From Terracidiphilus sp. (GTDB lineage Bacteria > Acidobacteriota > Terriglobia > Terriglobales > Acidobacteriaceae): a stretch of DNA of 64,000 nt. The stretch spans positions 23,116 through 87,115 of the forward strand of contig JBEKPO010000002.1 in the NCBI GenBank assembly GCA_049520675.1. The letters are read 5' to 3'. The position numbers and the translations under genes are program-made. Under the pieces are notes generated by a model that was given only the letters and a program-made list of their open reading frames with translations, ran no database searches and was not told the DNA's origin. Below are positions 39,186 through 45,957 of the stretch, in pieces; position 1 is the first letter of the stretch, and the number at the start of each line of letters is the position of its first letter.

Positions 39186-39434
39186 ATGGCAAAACATAAA
39201 CCCGACTTCGCACAGAATGCGCTCCGCGTAGTTGAGATTTCTACGGGCGAACCGCTTAAGCCGAAAGAGAAAAACTCCGCTGCCGTTGCGCTCGGGCGTC
39301 TCGGGGGCTTGAAGGGCGGCAACGCACGCGCCGCGAGGCTGACCATTCCAGAGCGCAAGGCAATCGCCCAGAAGGCCGCGAAGGCCCGCTGGGCGAGTAA
39401 GGAAGATGGTTCACCGCAAGAGAGCCACGGCTGA
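39186..39434 (+). CDS. Small basic KGG-motif passenger protein
   Basis: AAVALGRLGGLKGGNARA...IAQKAAKARW, 82 aa. Confidence 0.82.
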   Translation: MAKHKPDFAQNALRVVEISTGEPLKPKEKNSAAVALGRLGGLKGGNARAARLTIPERKAIAQKAAKARWASKEDGSPQESHG

Positions 39435-39469
39435 TCGGGCTATGGACTCAGAAGGGCGCTTGCGCTACC

Positions 39470-39553
39470 CTATATTGGGATAACGACCACGAGGGTTTCA
39501 TCGCCCCGGCTAAGAGTGATTACAACCCGTCTGGTCTGGACATAGATTCTCAT
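39470..39553 (-). CDS. Possible 27-aa micro-protein inside the IS
   Basis: MRIYVQTRRVVITLSRGDETLVVVIPI, preceded by AAGGGGG and a strong hairpin. Confidence 0.3.
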   Translation of the reverse strand: MRIYVQTRRVVITLSRGDETLVVVIPI

Positions 39554-39580
39554 CACGGTCCGCACATAGTTCCCCCTTCC

Positions 39581-39610
39581 GAACCGCTCGGTCTGCTTGC
39601 CGAGCGGTTC
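39581..39610. other. 11-bp perfect hairpin after the passenger gene
   Basis: GAACCGCTCGG-N8-CCGAGCGGTTC. Confidence 0.7.
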
Positions 39611-39611
39611 T

Positions 39612-40409
39612 TTATTTAGCAGAATCTTTTTTCGCCTCGATTGTGATCGAGCGCTTACTGTCATCCGAATCCGTGTACATAAGATCGAAAATATGTACGG
39701 CAGCTTGGAGCCACTTTGTGCGGGCCTCCACCGGCCATTCAGAATCCGGGGCAGGTAACTTTTTCAGAAGTCCCTTAATGAAGGGCGGCAACTCGTCTTC
39801 ATCCTCATCCTTGGGTTTATTCTTTTTTTCCGTGTCATCGTCGGCAGCCTGCACCGGCGTCGGAGATGCGTTGGCTTTAACGGCTGGCAATACCAGACGG
39901 TCTGAGCCGAACTGGAAAAAGCCCGCCTCCTGTGCAGACCGCTGGAGTACCTGGCGCGCCCTCTCTCTCTGTTTCGGGGCCACGCCCAGTGACCCAATAG
40001 CGGCCTCTAGGCCATTCGTGGGTGGAAGAACAGCACCCTTGAACTGGTCATAGACTGCCTTGTAGAGGGGCACCAAGAGAAAAGCCTCAGCCCGCGCAGC
40101 TTTTTCCTGTTGAGGGTCACAAATCTGGCTTCCAAGGCGCGTCAGGGTGACTGAACCTTGGCTCGTCGTCACCAGTCCGAAGAGTTTGGCTGATGCAACT
40201 CGCGTTCTGAAACTGCTGCTAGTGGGTGACTCTTTCAGGTGAGCTGCAATTTGCTCCGGTTGGCAAGTCGATCCGTGGAGATGATGGATCGCCTTCGCGA
40301 TCTTGATCCCCTCGTCGAGGTCCATATATGGAAACGCAATTGTTGAGACCTCCCGCTTTGAATCTGCGGAATCCGTTGTCTCTTGAGGAACCACTTCAGG
40401 TTCGGCCAT
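39612..40409 (-). CDS. Passenger hypothetical protein, probable winged-helix N-domain plus small helical C-domain
   Basis: 265 aa; FPY...FGLV...VTLTRLG pattern; GGAGG RBS. Confidence 0.8.
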   Translation of the reverse strand: MAEPEVVPQETTDSADSKREVSTIAFPYMDLDEGIKIAKAIHHLHGSTCQPEQIAAHLKESPTSSSFRTRVASAKLFGLVTTSQGSVTLTRLGSQICDPQQEKAARAEAFLLVPLYKAVYDQFKGAVLPPTNGLEAAIGSLGVAPKQRERARQVLQRSAQEAGFFQFGSDRLVLPAVKANASPTPVQAADDDTEKKNKPKDEDEDELPPFIKGLLKKLPAPDSEWPVEARTKWLQAAVHIFDLMYTDSDDSKRSITIEAKKDSAK

Positions 40410-40438
40410 GTCTACCTCCAATTTGCCGTTACGTAGAC

Positions 40439-40467
40439 AGATTACTGCGGATTTGTCCGAGCGTCAA
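40439..40467 (-). promoter_or_regulatory. Sigma70-type promoter of the passenger gene
   Basis: TTGACG-N17-TAATCT. Confidence 0.6.
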
Positions 40468-40497
40468 TAGAAATGTCTGCGGAATCGCATTATTTTC

Positions 40498-40526
40498 TTA
40501 ACATCTTGACCGCTCAAGCATAGAGT
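40498..40526 (+). promoter_or_regulatory. Putative transposase promoter with operator in the spacer
   Basis: TTAACA-N17-TAGAGT with TGACCGCTCAAGCA in the spacer. Confidence 0.45.
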
Positions 40527-40536
40527 AAGTCTCAAG

Positions 40537-41394
40537 ATGAACCGCTTAAGCATGTCGGATCGCAGTAAAATCGTCGGCGCACTGGTCGAGGGAAACAGTA
40601 TCCGCTCCACATGTCGCATGACGGGCGCTGCCAAGGGAACTGTTCTAAGACTCTTGGCCGATCTTGGAACTGCCTGTGCTGCCTACCACAATAAACACGT
40701 CCGGGGCGTTACCACGCAGCGGATTCAGGCCGACGAGGTCTGGTCTTTCTGCGGCGCGAAGATGAAGAACGCCAGCGAAGACAAAGTAGCTCAAGGATGG
40801 GGCGACGTGTGGACGTGGGTTGCGCTGGATGCGGATTCAAAGCTGATCGTCTCGTATCTCGTCGGCCAACGCGGGGCATATTGGGCTGACAGGTTTTTGA
40901 AGGATGTGGCATCGCGTGTGTCGAATCGCGTTCAACTCACTACCGACGGTCACCATGTTTACGTGGATGCTGTCGTGCGTGCATTTGGCGCCCAGGTAGA
41001 CTACGCGATGCTGATAAAGCTGTACGGCAATCCTGCCAGTCCTGAGACGCGCTATAGCCCCGGCGAGTGCATCGGAACCGAAATGAAAGTGGTGATGGGG
41101 ACTCCCGATGAGCGCTATATTTCGACCAGCTACGTGGAGCGTTCCAATCTGAGCCTGCGGATGGGCAATCGTCGGTTCACGCGCCTTACAAATGCATTCA
41201 GCAAGAAGCTCGAAAACCACGCACACATGGTTGCGATCTTCTATCTCTATTACAATTTCTGCCGCGTTCACAAGACGCTGCGAGTGACCCCAGCAATGGA
41301 AGCGGGGCTCGCGGATTACGTATGGACGATTGAAGAACTGGTACGGCTGGCAGAGCCGAAGTCAATTCTGGACGGTCTGATGCAAGTTGCATAG
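40537..41394 (+). CDS. IS1-family DDE transposase (single ORF with N-terminal HTH)
   Basis: QADEVWSF, LTTDG, STSYVERSNL, RRFTRLTNAFSKKLENH, TPAM. Confidence 0.92.
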   Translation: MNRLSMSDRSKIVGALVEGNSIRSTCRMTGAAKGTVLRLLADLGTACAAYHNKHVRGVTTQRIQADEVWSFCGAKMKNASEDKVAQGWGDVWTWVALDADSKLIVSYLVGQRGAYWADRFLKDVASRVSNRVQLTTDGHHVYVDAVVRAFGAQVDYAMLIKLYGNPASPETRYSPGECIGTEMKVVMGTPDERYISTSYVERSNLSLRMGNRRFTRLTNAFSKKLENHAHMVAIFYLYYNFCRVHKTLRVTPAMEAGLADYVWTIEELVRLAEPKSILDGLMQVA

Positions 41395-41706
41395 CATGGG
41401 AGAGGCGGGAGTAAATGCTGGTGCAAGTCCAGCCGACCAATCGGAAAGACGAGGTTGGCGTCGTCTAAGTAAGACATCCCGCCTGTGGATTCAAATTGAC
41501 CCACTACCCGCCGTTTCAGACACTGCGGCAGTTCCGGTCGCTCAATTTGGGGTTTTTGCAGCTCGGGGGTGCTGCATTACACTACTCAAGCAGAGCGCGT
41601 TGGTAAGCCAAGCGCAAAGTCGGCGGATTGAGATTCTGTTGCGCGGGATGAGCCACCTTGAACGATCCCGGCACAACTTCCCTTCCCCCAAGAGGGATTC
41701 AGAAAA

Positions 41707-42078
41707 ATGTCCACAACGACCAAGCCCAAAGTTCTGGTAGCAGACGATGAGCGTGTGATCGCCGATACCTTGGCAATGATCCTCAATCAAAGCGGATTCG
41801 AAGCTCGCGCCGTGTATTCCGGCGAGAAGATTCTGGAAGTTGCCCCCACGTTCAAACCCGATATGCTCATCTCCGATGTCATCATGGCCGACCTGAACGG
41901 AATCGATGCCGCCATTCGGGTCCGCGCTGTGCTCCCGGCGATCAAGATCCTGCTGTTCTCCGGTCAGGCAGCAACAGCCGACCTGCTTGAGAAAGCGCGC
42001 AAAGACGGCTACGAGTTCGATATCCTCGCTAAGCCTGTTCACCCCCAGGACCTGTTGAGCCGATTGCGCGCTGAATGA
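41707..42078 (+). CDS. Single-domain response regulator (receiver)
   Basis: VADDE, ISDVIM, FSG, AKP. Confidence 0.9.
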   Translation: MSTTTKPKVLVADDERVIADTLAMILNQSGFEARAVYSGEKILEVAPTFKPDMLISDVIMADLNGIDAAIRVRAVLPAIKILLFSGQAATADLLEKARKDGYEFDILAKPVHPQDLLSRLRAE

Positions 42079-42205
42079 GGTGCTCGGCCGGTTCCCCGGT
42101 CCGTCGGGTTGATCCGAATTGGAAGAAGGGAAGGCTGGTTCGTCAACGAGCTTTCCAGCGGCGGCCTTGATCAGAGCCTCCCCGAACGGCGAAAGTACAG
42201 ACAAG

Positions 42206-43561
42206 ATGATCACGGCACTTCGCTCGACTCGGGTTCTGACGGCCGAAGGCTTTGCCTCGGCTACCGTACAGATTGAGGACGAGCGTATTGAAACCGTTGG
42301 GGCCTGGGACGAGATTCCAGCTGGCGCGGAATTGCACGATTTTGGCGATTTGATGATTCTGCCCGGCCTGGTTGATACCCATGTACACATCAATGAGCCC
42401 GGCCGCACCGCGTGGGAGGGCTTCGGAACGGCGACGCGGGCTGCCGCGGCCGGAGGCGTGACTACGCTCGTAGACATGCCGCTGAATTGCGTGCCGGAGA
42501 CGATCGACGTCGCAGGGCTGGAGGCCAAGCGGCAGGCGGCAAAGGAAAAGGCATGGGTGGATTGGGCTGCGTGGGGTGGCGTGGTGCGCGGAAACGCGGA
42601 TGCGATCGAGCCGCTGGTGCGAGCGGGGGTGCCTGGATTCAAGTGCTTCCTGATCCATTCGGGCATTGAAGGCTTTGCGTGGGTGAACGAAGCCGATCTG
42701 CGGCTCGCTCTGGAAAAGTTGCGCGGCACGGGGCTGCCGCTGCTGGCGCACGCTGAGGTTTCCGGGCCTGTAGATGAAGCGACGCGTGAGCTGAATGCCG
42801 CGCGTGCCGATTGGCGAAGATACTCGACCTATCTAACCTCGCGGCCAGACACAGCAGAGATTGAGGCGATCAAGCTGCTCATCGGCCTGGCCGAGGATTT
42901 CGGCACACCGATTCACATCGTGCACCTATCGAGCGCTGAGGCGGTGCCGTTGCTGCTGGAGGCGCGGAAGCGGGGTGTGCCGGTGAGCGTCGAAACTTGC
43001 GTTCACTATTTGTGGTTCGCCGCCGAAAAAATTCCCGATGGGGCTACGGAATGCAAATGCGCCCCGCCGATCCGCGAAGCTGCCAACCGCGAAGAGCTTT
43101 GGAGGGCGCTTGAACAGGGCGTGATTGACATGGTCGCGACCGACCATTCCCCTTGCCCGCCGGCGATGAAGCGCCGCGAAGAGGGGCGCTGGGATCTTGC
43201 CTGGGGCGGAATTGCAAGCCTTGGACTGGCGCTGCCGGTAATGTGGACTGCAATGGGGCAGCGCGGCATTGGATTGGAGCGAGTCGGCGCCTGGATGGCC
43301 TCGGCACCGGCCAGGCTCGCCGGAATGACAGGGCGTAAAGGCGTGATCGGCCAGGATGCGGACGCGGACTTTGTGATCTTCGATCCGGACGCGGAGTGGA
43401 CGGTGACGCCCGAAGATTTGCATTTTCGGTACCAGATCTCGCCTTACCTGGGAGCCAGACTGCGAGGCCGGGTGCGGGAAACGTGGCTGCGCGGGGCACC
43501 GGTGTTTCGCGACGGCGAATTCGTCGGCCCAGCACGAGGCAGAGGGCAGGCGCAGGCGTGA
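42206..43561 (+). CDS. allB: Allantoinase
   Basis: PGLVDTHVH, EPGR, DMPLN, HAE, KCAPP, TDHSP. Confidence 0.92.
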   Translation: MITALRSTRVLTAEGFASATVQIEDERIETVGAWDEIPAGAELHDFGDLMILPGLVDTHVHINEPGRTAWEGFGTATRAAAAGGVTTLVDMPLNCVPETIDVAGLEAKRQAAKEKAWVDWAAWGGVVRGNADAIEPLVRAGVPGFKCFLIHSGIEGFAWVNEADLRLALEKLRGTGLPLLAHAEVSGPVDEATRELNAARADWRRYSTYLTSRPDTAEIEAIKLLIGLAEDFGTPIHIVHLSSAEAVPLLLEARKRGVPVSVETCVHYLWFAAEKIPDGATECKCAPPIREAANREELWRALEQGVIDMVATDHSPCPPAMKRREEGRWDLAWGGIASLGLALPVMWTAMGQRGIGLERVGAWMASAPARLAGMTGRKGVIGQDADADFVIFDPDAEWTVTPEDLHFRYQISPYLGARLRGRVRETWLRGAPVFRDGEFVGPARGRGQAQA

Positions 43562-43650
43562 GCCAGGTTGACCTCCACGGCCGGGCGCAACGGGCGATCG
43601 CCGAATGCCGGCGGATTGCGCAAATGAGCGAAGAGCCGGGCCGCATTACC
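43558..43650 (+). pseudogene. 5' remnant of allantoate amidohydrolase (allC-like)
   Basis: GTGA-coupled to allB; MSQVDLHGRAQRAIAECRRIAQMSEEPGRIT resembles an M20 N-terminus, then the frame turns non-homologous and stops at 43737. Confidence 0.6.
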
Positions 43651-43798
43651 GCATCAGCCGCCATCCCGATGAGAATGTGTGGGATGAAGGTGTGGAAATT
43701 GCCTTTTGTGTGGGGCAGAAATTGTGGAAAGGCTTGAAGCGGAATTTCGATAGAATCGGTGAACGCGCTTTTTAACTCCTTCTGAAAAGAGACCGCAC

Positions 43799-44545
43799 GT
43801 GCACCATCTCGGATCGACGCGCAGCAGCGCGAAGCCGAATTATTTGCTGCAAACACCCGATACCTTCATCCGAAGCCCGCTGCCCGGCGCGGAGGGAGTG
43901 GAATTCATCATCCATGCGGCGCCCCAATTGGGCGCGCGCTTCACACAGATGACAGCGGAGTTTATGGCCGGCGGCTTGCTGAGCGGCGGCCCGTGGCAGC
44001 GCTTCATATACGTGCTCGATGGCAAGCTGGAGCTGAAGGCCGGCGGGAAGAAATACTCCCTCGCCCCCGGGAAGTTCGCTTATCTGCCGCCGGGCGCTGA
44101 GCACACGTTGAGCGCGCGTGGAATTGCGCGGGCGGTCATCATTGAAAAACCCTATGAATCGCAGGATGGTGTTGATGCCCCTCAGTTCGCGGCCGGCGAT
44201 GAAGATGCGATCAAGGCCGCTACACTCCTGGGCGACGACGGCTTGCGCGTCCAGACACTCATGCCAGATGACGCAGCCTACGACTTCGCCGTGAACATCA
44301 TGACTTATGATCCAGGCGCCTCGCTTAGCATGGTGGAGATTCACGTGATGGAACACGGCTTGCTTATGCTCGAAGGCGGCGGCATCTACCGCCTGGGTGA
44401 CGATTGGCACCAGGTGCACGCGGGAGACTTTATCTGGATGGGCGCCTATTGTCCGCAATGGTTTGGAGCGCTGGGCAAACGCCCGGCGAAGTATCTGGTC
44501 TACAAGGATTGGCGACGCCATCCGCTGGGAGCCGCAGGCAAATGA
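43799..44545 (+). CDS. allE: (S)-ureidoglycine aminohydrolase (bicupin)
   Basis: VEIHVMEHGL, GDFIWM, CPQW, YLVYKD. Confidence 0.92.
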   Translation: MHHLGSTRSSAKPNYLLQTPDTFIRSPLPGAEGVEFIIHAAPQLGARFTQMTAEFMAGGLLSGGPWQRFIYVLDGKLELKAGGKKYSLAPGKFAYLPPGAEHTLSARGIARAVIIEKPYESQDGVDAPQFAAGDEDAIKAATLLGDDGLRVQTLMPDDAAYDFAVNIMTYDPGASLSMVEIHVMEHGLLMLEGGGIYRLGDDWHQVHAGDFIWMGAYCPQWFGALGKRPAKYLVYKDWRRHPLGAAGK

Positions 44546-45789
44546 CAGCTTCGCGTCCGCCGCTTTCTACCGACCGGCTCATGGCCGAGTTAATGACTCT
44601 CGCGCAAATTTCCGAGGCGGAACAGCCGGTGGTCACACGCGTAGTCTTCGGCGAGGCCGACCTGCAAGCGCGGGCCTACGTGCAGGGCCTGTGCGAAGCC
44701 GCCGGACTCGCCGTTCGCCATGACGCAATCGGTAACACCTTTGCTCGCTGGGAGGGCAGAGATCCTGGCCTCGCACCGGTCGGAACCGGCTCGCACATCG
44801 ACGCGATTCCCAATGCGGGGCTTTATGACGGGTGCGTGGGCGTGCTGGGCGGCCTCGAGGCGATTCGCGTCTTGCAGCAGCTCGGCTTTAAACCGCGGCG
44901 GCCGATCGAGCTGGTCATCTTCACCGCGGAAGAGCCGACGCGCTTCGGAATCGGCTGTCTCGGCAGCCGCATGATGGCCAAGATCCTCACGCCTCAGCAA
45001 GCGATTGCCTTGCGCGACAAGGAAGGCCGCAGTCTTGAGGAGTGGCGCGCGCAGGCTGGATTCATCGGGTCGCTCGAGTCCGTCGCCATGCCCAAGGGGC
45101 GCTTTCACCAATTTGTCGAACTGCACATCGAGCAGGGACCGCAACTCGAGCAGGAGGGGATCGACGTTGGGCTGGTCACGCACATTGCCGCTCCGGCAAG
45201 CCAGCGCATTGTGATTGAGGGCGAAGGCGGGAATGCCGGCGGCAAGTTGATGCCCGGGCGCAGAGACGCGCTTGCCGCAGCATCGGAGCTCGTTCTGGCG
45301 CTTGAGGCTGCGGCAAAATCGACGGGCGCTATCGATACAGTGGGAACGGTTGGCGTTTGCGAGGTCTTTCCCGGCGCGGTCAACAGCATTCCTTCGCGTG
45401 TGACGATGACCACCGACGTGCGCGATATCGATGCCGCGCGGCGCGATGGTGTACTCGCCGCACTCGCCCAAGCTGCCCTGGATCTCAGCGAGCGGCGTGG
45501 CGTGCGTATCATCACGGAGCTGATCAATGCCGATCCGCCGACATCGTGCGATGCGGCGATCCTGTCCGCTCTGGAGGCCTCAGCCGTTGCAGCCGGCAAG
45601 ACCTACAAAAGGATGGTGTCGCGCGCCTATCACGATTCATCGCTCGTTTCGTGCATCGCTCCCACCGCTATGCTGTTTATTCCCTGCCGCGGCGGAGTGA
45701 GCCACAGGCCCGATGAATACGCTTCGCCCGAGTGGATCGGCAGCGGCGTGCATGTGCTGTCGCGAACGCTGGCGGTGCTGGCTGGATAG
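44542..45789 (+). CDS. M20 Zn/Mn amidohydrolase, ureidoglycolate amidohydrolase-like
   Basis: GSHIDAIP, EEPTRFG, ELHIEQG, IAAPAS, SRAYHDS, SHRPDE (plant UAH-type signatures). Confidence 0.82.
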   Translation: MTASRPPLSTDRLMAELMTLAQISEAEQPVVTRVVFGEADLQARAYVQGLCEAAGLAVRHDAIGNTFARWEGRDPGLAPVGTGSHIDAIPNAGLYDGCVGVLGGLEAIRVLQQLGFKPRRPIELVIFTAEEPTRFGIGCLGSRMMAKILTPQQAIALRDKEGRSLEEWRAQAGFIGSLESVAMPKGRFHQFVELHIEQGPQLEQEGIDVGLVTHIAAPASQRIVIEGEGGNAGGKLMPGRRDALAAASELVLALEAAAKSTGAIDTVGTVGVCEVFPGAVNSIPSRVTMTTDVRDIDAARRDGVLAALAQAALDLSERRGVRIITELINADPPTSCDAAILSALEASAVAAGKTYKRMVSRAYHDSSLVSCIAPTAMLFIPCRGGVSHRPDEYASPEWIGSGVHVLSRTLAVLAG

Positions 45790-45830
45790 GGGACCGGCGC
45801 AAGCACCTCGCGCTTCGGTTCGTTCATTGA

Positions 45831-45907
45831 TCCTTGCTCCGTACTCTTTCGCCCCGCGCTCTGAACTCTGTCTCTGCTCTCTCCTCCCTGTTCTCTGTTC
45901 TTTCGTT
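45831..45907. repeat. Pyrimidine-rich degenerate 7-bp tandem repeats
   Basis: CTCTGAA CTCTGT CTCTGCT CTCTCCT CCCTGTT CTCTGTT. Confidence 0.55.
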
Positions 45908-45957
45908 ATGTTGTATGCTAACCCTCAATCTGTTCGCTGATTTTCGCTTCCCCAACT

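Larger units (their letters stand above)
39121..41508. mobile_element. IS1-family transporter IS (cargo element), 2388 bp
   Basis: Perfect 29-bp TIRs GGTAGTGGGTCAATTTGAATCCACAGGCG (39121-39149 / 41480-41508); 8-bp TSD CGCCGTTT (39113-39120 / 41509-41516). Confidence 0.95.

Noticed and set aside
42079-42205. Xanthine/purine riboswitch before allB
   Set aside because: Some stems present but no recognisable conserved aptamer nucleotides
43691-43730. TGTGGAAA repeats as DnaA boxes / origin
   Set aside because: Only two imperfect copies, with no AT-rich unwinding element or origin-type gene context
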